DNA of 64,000 nt, from assembly GCA_002245135.1 (NCBI GenBank), contig NGBS01000331.1, forward strand, positions 1-64,000, read 5' to 3'. The notes under the pieces are model-generated. The model saw nothing but the letters and a program-made list of their open reading frames with translations, was not told the DNA's origin and did no database searches. The stretch is from Proteromonas lacertae (lineage: Eukaryota). The position numbers were made by a program, and so were the translations under genes. How positions within the stretch are numbered: the first letter of the stretch is position 1; each line of letters begins with the position of its first letter. Shown here in pieces: positions 36,041-47,079 of the stretch.

Positions 36041-36913
36041 ATGTTTGGCCGTCCTATTAAAAAACAAGCTGTATCAACAGATCTAACACCTGTCACGAGG
36101 GCACTGACATCGATTACAAGCAATTTGGGAGAAAAAGTTGGAGATGCTAAATCGATTAGAGAAATGTTGGTCGATATCAAGAATAGTGGTACAGGAGGAT
36201 CATCTGGATCAGGTGGTGGTATTGATAGTGCAACTAGCGAGAAAATTGATGGAATTGTGAATGTCATTGGAAAGACCAAATTAGAGAGTTGGGAAAATAA
36301 CATATATTATATGTTATCTATTTTGTATTCTACAATTTATGATGATGCTAATTCAATTGCTTATAATGTCAATAGTATAATGTCCTATATAGGATATCGA
36401 AGTGAATATCAAGATAGTTCATGGAAAATGGAGAATCGTATAAAATGGAGTTCTATGGGTGAAAATAACATGATATTAAAATCTGTAGATGGTCAATTAG
36501 AAATTGTTCAAGCAAGACAAGTTTTACCAAACTGTTATTGCTTTGTAAGATATGCAGCTTTTCAAACATATTTGCAAATAGAAATACTAAATCCTGTTAG
36601 AATAATAACAAGCGAACTAATAATTAATTCAATCTAAACTCCAGATGTAGAAATAATTTTAAGCAAATATTTAGGTTATACAAATAATGTACCAAGAATA
36701 GATATTTTTTTTGAGTCATTAAGTGGACATCATCAAGTATGCTTTTTTGAAATCACTCGTGATATATGTTGTTTCAGTATGAAAAATCCTACTACAGAAC
36801 ATAATGTGGATAACTTTGAAGGTAATTGTATTCTAATCCCACAAAAAATAATATTTCCATATGGTAATAATGTTATAATTCATAAAGATGATGCATTTGA
36901 TTTTAATATATGA
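36041..36913 (+). CDS. Putative fibre/spike-like virion protein, in-frame TAA at 36635
   Basis: Helical N-terminus, Gly linker, beta-rich C-terminus. Frame stays open 92 codons past the TAA. Same position after the ATPase as 55646-56495. Function is inferred. Confidence 0.5.
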
Positions 36914-36920
36914 ATTATAA

Positions 36921-37622
36921 TTAATTCTTCTTGTTTCTCTTGTATTGTTGGTTTTGATTATCACTCTCAGTTCTTCTTTTCATCGGAGCAGGTGTTGTTG
37001 GTACTGGAATAATATCATAATCTGCAGGTTGTGTATACATATTCTCCAAATCTATATCATTTACATCCTGATTCTCAGCACACTGATCCTCATCATCCTC
37101 CTTCTCCTTCTCAAGTTTTTGCTCAAATTTCTTGATACTACTATGCACTTCAAATTTTGGGATAATAGTGTATTTTTCTTTATCCTTCTTATCTAATACA
37201 GTTATCTGTCTAATTCTCAAATCACACTGACACTCATAAAATAAATAACTTGGAGGATCTTTAATCTTGTTTAACCATGCCCAGAATCTGACAGTGTTAT
37301 TATCGTTGTCTTCAGAAAATATCACTTGGAAGCCACATTTCTTATAGTCTTTAACCATATTTGAGTCATCTGTATACTTGATGGCATAATCCACAAACAT
37401 TTTTTTCAAAGGCTCCTTTACATCTTGATAATAATTTTTAATAGGTCTTCTGTTCTTAAATAAGAACCTTCCTGGAGTAAAACTCATGACATAGTACTTT
37501 GCATCTTCAATCTTTTCTGTATTTGGTTCAGCTTCATTACACCATCCTTTTACAGTTAAATAAGTAACATCTCTATCATCTAATGTGATAAAATTAGATC
37601 CATTATTGATATTTGAACTCAT
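36921..37622 (-). CDS. Hypothetical protein, possibly ssDNA-binding (OB-like)
   Basis: Size, architecture and weak N-terminal similarity to 60948-61721; basic C-terminus. Confidence 0.5.
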   Translation of the reverse strand: MSSNINNGSNFITLDDRDVTYLTVKGWCNEAEPNTEKIEDAKYYVMSFTPGRFLFKNRRPIKNYYQDVKEPLKKMFVDYAIKYTDDSNMVKDYKKCGFQVIFSEDNDNNTVRFWAWLNKIKDPPSYLFYECQCDLRIRQITVLDKKDKEKYTIIPKFEVHSSIKKFEQKLEKEKEDDEDQCAENQDVNDIDLENMYTQPADYDIIPVPTTPAPMKRRTESDNQNQQYKRNKKN

Positions 37623-37805
37623 ACCGCCAAAATGAATATTATATATCCGTTTCACAAAAAAGATTTATGTGGTTTGAATATATTTGATACATTTGGAGCG
37701 GTTATACAAATTACCGCGCATACAATGAACATGTGTAAATTGTATAGTTTGATTACACAAGCTTATTTGATAGATTCCATTTTCATCATTTCATTACACT
37801 CAAGT

Positions 37806-38045
37806 ATGTCAGACAACCAAAAAGATACTTCAGATAAACAAGAAAAATATAAGGACTTAGATTATTGTGATTACATGCCATTCGAAGAAGCTGTAAACAG
37901 ATTCTGGGAGCGTATGGAGCAATTAGACCCTAATGGGAGAGATACCTTAGATAAAGAGTATAATCGATTTTTAAAGAATTTTAATCAAGAAAGAGAAGAA
38001 ATAATGAGAAGTAATTATAATAATTATAATAATAGTAACCATTAA
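37806..38045 (+). CDS. Small viral hypothetical protein
   Basis: Charged coding-like part of ORF 37632-38045 from MSDNQK. Confidence 0.55.
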   Translation: MSDNQKDTSDKQEKYKDLDYCDYMPFEEAVNRFWERMEQLDPNGRDTLDKEYNRFLKNFNQEREEIMRSNYNNYNNSNH

Positions 38046-38057
38046 TTAATTAATTAA

Positions 38058-38702
38058 TTACGGTCTATAGTATTCTCTTTTTGATATGACTCCCACAAAT
38101 TTACAAAGACAATGATACACGCTCCATATTAACCGCTCATACTCATCTAACTCCCTATCAAAATGCACCAACTCATAGTGATTTCCTTCTTTTTCATTAT
38201 TACGTATACGTTCCCATAGGCATATTAATACATTATGAACTCCAACTTTTACTGCAGAGTACGGAACAGTATCTTTCAAACATAATTTTATAGCATCATC
38301 GACTCTATTACTTACCTCTATACAATCTTCTACACTGAGATTAAAAAATCTTGTTTGAATTCTATAATGAGTTAGAGATTCTTTAAAAATTTCTAAAATA
38401 CGCTGAATTTGAGTTATATTGAATTTCACACGTGGTAAACTCTCTTCACCAATTGGTAATGCTAAACCAGCATGTCCCTCACAATCACATATTGCTCTCT
38501 CGCTATGCTCCAAAACATCTAAATTAGCTTTATATGTATGAACATCCATTTTCTTTACATCTTTCTCATTGAATAGACATACTGGTTTTACAGCATCTTC
38601 AATCGGCAATGCTCTTTCTAATTCAGTGAAATCTAGAGGTTTAACAATACTTTTAGGTGAGTCAGTATGTTGTAATGGTGGTACAGTGTTCATGATAAGC
38701 AA
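38058..38702 (-). CDS. Viral hypothetical protein
   Basis: 214-aa ORF with normal composition. Confidence 0.7.
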   Translation of the reverse strand: MLIMNTVPPLQHTDSPKSIVKPLDFTELERALPIEDAVKPVCLFNEKDVKKMDVHTYKANLDVLEHSERAICDCEGHAGLALPIGEESLPRVKFNITQIQRILEIFKESLTHYRIQTRFFNLSVEDCIEVSNRVDDAIKLCLKDTVPYSAVKVGVHNVLICLWERIRNNEKEGNHYELVHFDRELDEYERLIWSVYHCLCKFVGVISKREYYRP

Positions 38703-38752
38703 AATAAAATTAATTAAAAAAAAATAAAGTAATTACGTTTAATCACTAACAC

Positions 38753-39301
38753 TTAAAGATCTTCTAAATCTTCTTCTTTATCAAGGTTTTTTGAATCGTC
38801 ACATTGCATGTTTGGCTTGATCAAATGCTTATGTTTTTTTGATGGTACTAATTCATCTAATGATTCAGATATAGCATTTAATAATTTTCTCTTGATGATG
38901 TGTATCTTATTATCATTGTCATTCACAATTTCAGGAATATCATATACATCATACCATTGATCATTATCGCTATCATAATCATCCTGCTCCATATTCGATT
39001 CAGCGTCATTTTCATCTTCACTATATGCAATGAAATCCTTTAAATTACCATTACTATCAACATCACTTGCATTTGGATCATCTTCAGGATCATAGTCATC
39101 TGATTCATCGTCAGTACATTCTGCTTCTCCATACAAGTACTTATACACATTATCTAAATAATCATTCTCTCTTTTTCTTTTTTGACTGAATCGCATTTTC
39201 TTATCTTCTAAATTTTCTTTCTTTTGGTCTTGATCATTTGATTTACCCATTATGCCTATAATATGTATGGTATTATGGTTGTTTGAATCCATAGAACACA
39301 A
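38753..39301 (-). CDS. Acidic hypothetical protein with NLS-like motif
   Basis: D/E-rich; QKRKR; start uncertain. Confidence 0.65.
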   Translation of the reverse strand: MCSMDSNNHNTIHIIGIMGKSNDQDQKKENLEDKKMRFSQKRKRENDYLDNVYKYLYGEAECTDDESDDYDPEDDPNASDVDSNGNLKDFIAYSEDENDAESNMEQDDYDSDNDQWYDVYDIPEIVNDNDNKIHIIKRKLLNAISESLDELVPSKKHKHLIKPNMQCDDSKNLDKEEDLEDL

Positions 39302-39360
39302 TATACAAAAAATAATAAAATGAAACGAATATATTTCAAATATTGATATTATGTTAATTA

Positions 39361-39720
39361 TTAACCTATTAATGTCATATTTTGTCTAGCATATTGCACA
39401 GGAGTTAAATTCTGTGCTGGGTATGATTGTTGTTGTTGTATTGGTGTATGATTTCTCTCCATTAACACTTCATCTGCCAATTTATTTAATATAGCTTGTG
39501 CTTCCTTGAATGTCCATGGATTAATACTCTTTAACATCTGTTGTGCCTCTGGAGGTAATGTTTCGAGTGTTTTCAATACTTGAGTTTGTTGATCATTTTG
39601 TACCGATTGTTGCGATTGTTGATTTGGTTGTTGTTGTGGTAGATATTGAGGGTGTTGACCATCTTGTTGATATGCAACACCACTATTAAAAGTTATTTGA
39701 GGTATTGGACCAGCTGACAT
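39361..39720 (-). CDS. Gln-rich hypothetical protein
   Basis: ORF from MSAGP. Confidence 0.65.
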   Translation of the reverse strand: MSAGPIPQITFNSGVAYQQDGQHPQYLPQQQPNQQSQQSVQNDQQTQVLKTLETLPPEAQQMLKSINPWTFKEAQAILNKLADEVLMERNHTPIQQQQSYPAQNLTPVQYARQNMTLIG

Positions 39721-39794
39721 ATTAAAAACGGCTATAATGGCAATATTGATATTATTGACTATATTATCACTCAAAAATATAATTATTTCAAATT

Positions 39795-40290
39795 ATGGTT
39801 AAAAGAAGTTCAAAAGCGAAATATCGTAAGTATATCATAGGTAAAGGCAAGTTCTGGGATGGAGTAAAGAATTTCTTTAAGAAAACAAAAATTTTATCAA
39901 CAGCAGCTAGCTTAATCCCAGGTGTAGGTCCAGCCTTAGGTAATGTTGTATCCAATGTAGGATATGGTAGAAAACGTAGAAGAAGAGGAGGACAAGCAGA
40001 ATGGAATTATGATGGTGGTATAAGTGGTGGTACCAAAGGAAGTAAAAAGTGTAATTAGTGGTGGTCCAGGCAGTATGCCCTATTTAAAAAATGGCGGAAT
40101 GGCTAATCCATTTGCTGTAAAGATGTTAGGTGGTCCAAGCACTATTCCAAAAAAGAATTGGACAAAAGGTGGTCCAAGTACTATACCGAAATTTTTGTTA
40201 GCAAAGAAAAAGACTGGTTCTGGTAAAAGACGTAAAAGTAGTAATAGTCTCGATAATCGATATATTGACAATAAGATTAGAGTTTTCTAG
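39795..40290 (+). CDS. Basic core-protein precursor(s) with repeated GG sites (two overlapping ORFs or one frameshifted gene)
   Basis: IIGKG-KFWDGVKNFFKK amphipathic helix, RKRRRRGG, ISGG, MLGG, GGPSTIPK x2. Confidence 0.7.
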
Positions 40291-40348
40291 TCTAATTTTA
40301 TTTTTTCTATTTTAATCGTATTTCTTTATTTTCATTCGAAATAACATA

Positions 40349-40636
40349 ATGCCAAAAGGTGGTAGAAGACGTAGATGCGTTTATGGAAGAAGGGGTGGTT
40401 CATTTTGGGGTAAGTTAAAAAATTGGGGTTCCAAAGCATTTAACTGGGCAAAGGATCATAAAATAGCATCCAAAATAGCTAGGGAATTTGGAAAGAACGA
40501 TATCGCAGATGGATTATCAACAATGGGATTTGGTCGTAGTAGGTCAGGAAGAGGTAGATTACCATTCAATGGAGGTGGGAGTAATCAACAAGCATTATTG
40601 AATGCATATTTAAAATCAAAGGTGGCTCGAATGTAA
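40349..40636 (+). CDS. Adenovirus pVI-like membrane-active core protein
   Basis: GG-SFWGKLKNWGSKAFNW resembles the mature pVI N-terminal amphipathic helix; Arg/Gly-rich. Confidence 0.65.
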   Translation: MPKGGRRRRCVYGRRGGSFWGKLKNWGSKAFNWAKDHKIASKIAREFGKNDIADGLSTMGFGRSRSGRGRLPFNGGGSNQQALLNAYLKSKVARM

Positions 40637-40727
40637 ACTTGACTTTTAATAATGCTAATAATACTTATATTATTATTTTCATTGTTATTTTTGTTAATTT
40701 TATTTTTTCATAACATAGAAATAAAAA

Positions 40728-41342
40728 ATGAGTGATACTGAATCAACTGAATATGTGAGTGATGATAGTTCTACTGATGTGTCTGATAGTGAAGTAGAGT
40801 CAATAAATGAAAATGATTCCAAGATGTCCAAACCAAAAATCACAGAAGCTGAACCAAGTGATGCTATGATCAATGAATTACTATCATAATTCTCTCCAAA
40901 GGATATATACAACATATTACAGAATGATGGATCATCATCTCATAAAAATTCAAAAAAAGGTAAAAAACACTCCCATAAATCCAGATCAAGATCAAGATCA
41001 CATGAGAGATCCAAAAGAAGATCTAGTAAGAAACAAAAATCAAATGCTTTAGACGAGCCTAAGTCCAAACGTGGTGGCGGTAGAAAAAATAGCAAAAAGG
41101 ATAGGGACTCATCATTACCTCCTCCTAGTCGTATGACAAAAGCTGAATTACAAATAGCTTTGAAAGAAACTAGAGATCAATTAGGCAAATATATGAAGAA
41201 ATTAGAAAAGAGTTCAAATCCAAAGAAAGAGAAAATAGAGAAAGTAAAAGAACCAGAACCAGAAGAAGATAAACCATTAGGTAATGATATTGCAGGTAGA
41301 GAAATACAAGGCGAGCCTATCGAGCCTGTTTATGTTCAATAA
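40728..41342 (+). CDS. Acidic/RS-rich basic protein, in-frame TAA at 40887
   Basis: ATG at 40728 is in frame with ORF 41133-41342; contains an SRSRSRSH..RR tract. Confidence 0.65.
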
Positions 41343-41408
41343 TATTAATAATACTTATATTACACATTATTATTATAATTAAATTGTTTTTTTATTTTCT
41401 ATTAAGTA

Positions 41409-44400
41409 ATATTTGGTGCTACTCCTACAACAACAAATTCGACGAGTGCGCCGGCCACTTCAAATATTCAAGCATCGAATGTTACAACTGCCCCCAGTTA
41501 TAATAATACAACTTCAATACCTACAACTGGTGCAGGTTATAATAATCAAAGTTCAAATGCTGCAAGTTACGCCGGAATGATGGCAGGTGCTGCTGCCGCC
41601 ACGGGGCAGCAGCCCAGCCAACATTCCAAAATAACACACAACCAATACAACAACAACAACAACAACAACAACAAAGATATAATATAGATGCTATTATGGA
41701 AAAAATACAACCATTTTTGATTAATCAATATGATTATGAATCAGTTAAGCAAATGGTTATGAATAATACAAAACAAGATTTAGAAAATGTATGTAAAAAT
41801 GTAGGATTGCCATTAGATATTATATCAAAGTATTCCAGCTATGGTGGAACAATAGATCAATTAGTAGATTACTTACATTATTTCAAATATCAATGTGGTC
41901 GTAGTGTTCCAGAAGCACGATCAGATGTGTGTAATTTAATTATTGGTATGGGTAGTGAATATGTTTTATGGCCAAAAGTAAATTATGGTTTATTTGGTAT
42001 GTCTTTAGATGGATATCCAAAGACAGGTTCAGGAAGAAGAAAACATGTTCATTTCAAACATAAGAAACATCACAGAAGAAATAAACTCAAATTAGAGAGT
42101 ATCCCACGGAGGCATCTCTTGGCTACTAAGAAATTAGGTGGTAATAGTGGTATTATACCATTAAGAGTGGGTCAAAGTGTTGGTCCTAATGAGCATGTCA
42201 TTATTACTAATCCAAGACAACAAATGTATGATGCTGCTAGTGCTGCTTATATTGGAACATCACAATTACAGCCAAGTCAAATACCAGATTATATTCAACC
42301 ATATATACCAAAAGAAACTGTAGGATATGATTATAATTGGAATTATGATAAATTATTTAGTCCAGGTTTGAATAGACAAGCTCGAAAAGAAGTTCAATAT
42401 GCATTAACTAATAATTATGCTTCTTTGCTGCCTAACAATTATCATATTAATTTTTATGATATGCTAGATCGTGAACATAAAACAGGACATTTAAGAGGAA
42501 CATTCCCATTAGCAACATTAGATACATCTAATCCAAGAAGCTATCTTTTGAACTGGCCTGAATATGTTACAGAAGCAGATGTTCAGGCATATGATAATGG
42601 AATGAATAGAGTTACAAATCCTTTGTTACAAAAATTTCCTAAATTACAAAATTATAAATCATTACAAGAGATTATAGAAAAGAATCCTCAATTAGCAGCC
42701 TATAAAAATTATAGACAAGATTGGTTGACCTCAACTTGGGACAAATTAACAGGTAATGATAAAGATGCAATAGAATATTATAACAAACTATTATTACAGC
42801 AGGAGTATTTGCAAAATGAATTAGTTGATGAGTAAGTAAGATCAATCAATATTCAGATCCATATAATTTTGATCCAAATCGAGCTGAAAAAGTAAAAGAA
42901 TATATTGCATTGAATAATCAAAAGGCACAAAGATATATGGATGATCAAGAGATATTAGAAAGATCAAAATTTTATAGATGGGCATTAGATCCAAAAAATC
43001 AGGAACTGATGAATAGCGCTATAGATATGGGTGAAGGACAGTGTACATTAATTAATGAAGATAAATATAGAGAGCTGAATGAAATAGCATCACAGAATAG
43101 TAGAGATTTCATTAACTTTGATTATAACAGAGAGAAGTTAGGTCACTCACTTCCTCAAGAGTGGGTGAATGCAGATAATAAACAAAAATATGAAATAGCT
43201 ATTGGTTTAGTGAAAACTGCTTGTAGTTCATAGTCACAATTTGAAAATTCACAGTTTCAAAAAGCACTTGATTCATTACGTGAATCTGATTTTATGGGTT
43301 TTGCTGGTAATTTGTTCCTGTGTGTAGAGAATGTATTTAGGATATTTCCACAAATATACTATACAATGAAGTCATATTTGGTAGGTGGAGTTACTCCTCA
43401 AATGTTTGAAGTAGATCATGCAATGAAATATGTTCGTGCAATAGTAATGACATGTTTGGCTTATTGGTTATGGAAAAAATCCAAACTACCAACATCAGGG
43501 TTCTTGTATGTAATGTGGTACTTCATTTTCGACTACTATGAAATAATTCGTATGCTGTCAGGTGGTAGATTACCTGCTATCACTGACTTGTATTATGGTA
43601 ATTCAGAAAAAGTTAAGTCAATGTTACCTGAAGCAATTCAAAAATCATGGTTACCTGTAGACTTGTTGTATAACTTTGGTGTTTCATTTATGTTCAATAC
43701 TCATCCATATGTTCGATACTTATTTCAATTAGTTCCATTCTTCTACAAATTTTCTAATATTGGAAATATAGATGCAAAAAATGTAGGTGATACATTAAAA
43801 ACAGCAGCAACTGTAGCTGCAGCTGCAAATGGAGGTGATGCAACAACTGCTGCAGCAGCAGTTAAAGGTATCAGTGAATTATCAAAAGCTATGCCATCAA
43901 TGGCAAAAACTGCTGTTGCAGCTGATCCAACAGGTACATTACAAACTGTTGCAGGTATAGGAACAGTATTCAGTGCATTGACTGCTTGTTTTGGTTTGCT
44001 AGATGCAGGTGGTTTATTAAACTGGTTAAAACCAACACCATATCAACACAAGAATGCAATCAAAATGGATAACTACGTGAAACGTTCACAACAAACAATT
44101 CCAAGTTCACTCACTAATTTTGGTAGAGCAGTGAGTAATTTAGATCAAGCAAAACAACTCAGTGAAGCTATGAGTTACTTTGGAATAGGTAATGGAAATA
44201 ATAAAAAAGTAAAGAAATTAATTTCACGTAGGAAAGTTTTGTATAACAGTATCACTTCAGATGCCTTATCGAACTTTGATATAGAGTTAATTGTGAAAAA
44301 TGAGTTCAATAATTTTCATGGAAAGTTCATGGGAGTGTTCTGCTGGGACGAGCTTGTACTTCTTATACCCAAAAAGAAGAATCAATGGGGAATCATAATC

Positions 44401-44757
44401 AATACACTCACCACACAAGCTAGCCCTGATTCTATAGGTCATTGGGTGGCCTTAGTAGTTGACAATATCAAGAAGCAATTCCTGTACTATGATTCATTTG
44501 GTGAAGATCCTCAACACTTGGAAGAATTTAAAAAAAAATTGAAAAAATTAAAGAAGTATCATAATGAAAAGTATGAACTTAAAATCAATGGAGTACAGAA
44601 TCAAAATTCAAATACTGCTAACTGTGGTTTTTTTGCTATTAATTTTTTGAAAAATATTTTAAGAGATCAGTGTAGTTTCAAAAAGGCTACTGACTATAAT
44701 ACAATAGTGGGTGAAGCAAAAATTAGGTTAATGAAAAAACAATTTGGATTAATATAA
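41409..44757 (+). CDS. Reconstructed ~1100-aa virion protein ending in an adenain/Ulp1-like (clan CE) cysteine protease
   Basis: GHWVAL..YYDSFG..QNQNSNTANCGFF catalytic H-D-Q-C in 43294-44757. Upstream ORFs join via single-base shifts at ~41615 and ~42832 and an in-frame TAG at 43231. Confidence 0.75.
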
Positions 44758-44805
44758 TATATAATATATAATTATTACTTAATTATTTTTTTTTTCTGTT
44801 TTTCT

Positions 44806-45213
44806 TTATGTGTGGTAAAATATTGTATGAGTTTCAATATATTCTATCATCTCTGTATCCACATGAGTACATTTGAAGAATATTGGCATCTTACCATTAA
44901 AGCGGCTTTGTGGCATTCTAATGATTACTTTTTTCATTGTTGGTGTGTATGTAACTTTGGGTCTATCTCTATTTCCTAAGTCACAAGGACCTACAAACAC
45001 TAATATCAAACGTTGACTCATAATCATGTTAATCATTTTGTGTGTTAACTCAAAATACCATTGATATATTGGTTTTCGATGATAAAAAAATATAAGGAAT
45101 TGTAGGCTATACAAATCCAAGTATATGTCTGGACCACTTAAATGATATTTCTTTGTTACCTTGGATTCAAGTTCTGGTAATTTATATTCAATCTGTGGTG
45201 GTAGTGTAAGCAT
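44806..45213 (-). CDS. Viral hypothetical protein
   Basis: ORF from ATG 45213 (MLTLPPQ). Confidence 0.65.
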   Translation of the reverse strand: MLTLPPQIEYKLPELESKVTKKYHLSGPDIYLDLYSLQFLIFFYHRKPIYQWYFELTHKMINMIMSQRLILVFVGPCDLGNRDRPKVTYTPTMKKVIIRMPQSRFNGKMPIFFKCTHVDTEMIEYIETHTIFYHT

Positions 45214-45276
45214 ATATAAAAAATAGAATATACTATATGTATATGTATAATAAAATATTTTAAAATAAAAGAAATT

Positions 45277-45371
45277 AAAAAAAATGGGATTACTAATAGT
45301 CTGTGCTAGGAATCGAACCACTAATGCCAGCTGCATTACTCTTTTTTCCTTGCACAGTCTATCAGATCCCA
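45277..45371 (-). ncRNA. Putative Pol III hairpin RNA (VA-RNA-like)
   Basis: 87-nt stem-loop with a consensus B-box GGTTCGATTCC, a G-U pair only on the minus strand, and a T8 run directly after. Confidence 0.6.
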
Positions 45372-45378
45372 ATTAAAT

Positions 45379-45457
45379 AAAAAAAAGGGCATTTAGATAT
45401 ACCGTGCCAGGATGATTCAAGCCGAATTTCAATGGCGCAATATTAAACAACACATCC
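45379..45457 (-). ncRNA. Second putative small hairpin RNA
   Basis: Imperfect stem with G-U pairs on the minus strand, degenerate B-box GGCTTGAATCA, T8 run. Confidence 0.4.
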
Positions 45458-45615
45458 AAGTAGAAATTATTAAACTTCCATAAATTCCTTGTGAAATTAA
45501 TTTAATAAATAAATAATTATAAATTAGAAACGCAGCCCTCATCGTAGCTAGTCTATCCAATGCCCAATAATAAAAAACAACATATACAATATATAGCATA
45601 ATAAAAATTTATTCG

Positions 45616-46918
45616 TTACAATATTGATTTGTCTCCCTTCTTTCTCTTGGGTCTCTCCAGTATTTTTCTAAACCATGTGGTTGGTGCATCATCTTTTCTC
45701 ACTAACTGCAACTCATAGTGTTTGAATCGAATTAATGAAAAACCTTGAATGTCATTCCCATTGATATCACCTAAATTGTATGAATATCGATTTTTCTTGA
45801 TTATCTTATATACATTGTCTGACCAGTATATGTTCTTATCCATTTTACGTCTTCTCTCTTTGAATCTCACCAAATCACCTACTTCGAAATTTTGACCAGT
45901 ATGATCTAATTTTTCATAATTCTTTAAGTTGTAGTTAATTGATTTTTGTAATATTTGTTTTTGTAATTCTGGACTATGGAATACCTCATTTGGGGTATAT
46001 CCTTTAATTCCTGGTAATGGCTTGTTGTTATAGTCATCTATCACTTCCTGTATTATACTATCTAGTTTCAATTTATAATTCATATCTGGTATAATATGCT
46101 TATCATTGTGATCAATATCTGCCATATATGTAGGTGCATCATATCCCAGATCCACCAAGTGTTTGTACAACAGTCTTTTTATCATCACTCACTGATCTAT
46201 CCAATAATGACTCTATTTTATGCTCTGAACCATCTTTTTGAAAATATGATATTCCTTCAGCATCACATAACTTCTTGATATTTGAAAAACTAGCATCAGC
46301 ATCTGATAGGATACTTACCACATTTTTATGTGTTTTGTTTCCATAGGCATCTGTTTCATAATACCACTTCTGAAATGCATCCAATGTAATATCACCATAT
46401 TTATTAGGCATAAATATTGCCCATACTTTTCTTGAATTCATTTCGATAAAATACAAATGTTCCATATCAGGTAAGAAAAACACTATATCCATTTGGAAGT
46501 ACCCTGGCTTTTTGATAGTTGCGAATGGATTATTTTTTTTATATTTGAAATCGACAATTTGTTTTCCAGGTTGTCTCCTTAAGTATTCACGTACTACATC
46601 TGGTGGTGGAGCTATATCATTCATACTAGACAAATGTTGTGTCATTTTGACAAATTCATTTTCATTAAGGTAATAATATTTTTTATATAGTTCATCTAAG
46701 CGTGATCGATATTGGGCAATTTGGTTTGACATTTGGTCTTCATACGAAGCCTCTCTTGTTGGATGTGTAATATTCGGTGCTCCATGGTTAATATATGTTG
46801 CAAGTGATAAGTTACCATTTGTAGGTAACGGTTTGACAGGATATGGGTTCTGGTTGCTATATGAGCTGTATAAATGTGGATCGTAACTATTAGTGCTAAA
46901 CATATGGTCCAAAAACAA
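45616..46918 (-). CDS. Polinton-type rve (retroviral-like) integrase, frameshift near 46188
   Basis: FQMDIVF, SRKVW, ILSDADASF, LDRSV, YNNKP..G.TPNEV, FEVGDLVR, WSDNVYKI. Confidence 0.9.
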
Positions 46919-47079
46919 AAAACAAAAGTAATAATGAAATTCATTTCATTATGATTATTATCTAAATTAATAGAGTTATATGTCTTTATAGCAACATTTA
47001 AAAAAATATATATCCGTTTCATATATACATATAACATTTGTTCATCGTTCAACATTATTTTCCTTTCAATTCACTTATT

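Noticed and set aside
42832..42856. 25-nt GT-AG intron (GTAAGT...CAG) joining ORFs 41696 and 42910
   Set aside because: Splicing leads to TAA three codons later; a single-base indel explains the junction better.
34077..43233. Alternative genetic code explaining the in-frame stops
   Set aside because: All three stop types are involved, each affected gene has only one, and TAA/TAG/TGA end neighbouring genes normally.
45277..45371. tRNA gene suggested by GGTTCGATTCC
   Set aside because: Folds as one long hairpin; no cloverleaf, D-arm or anticodon arm found.
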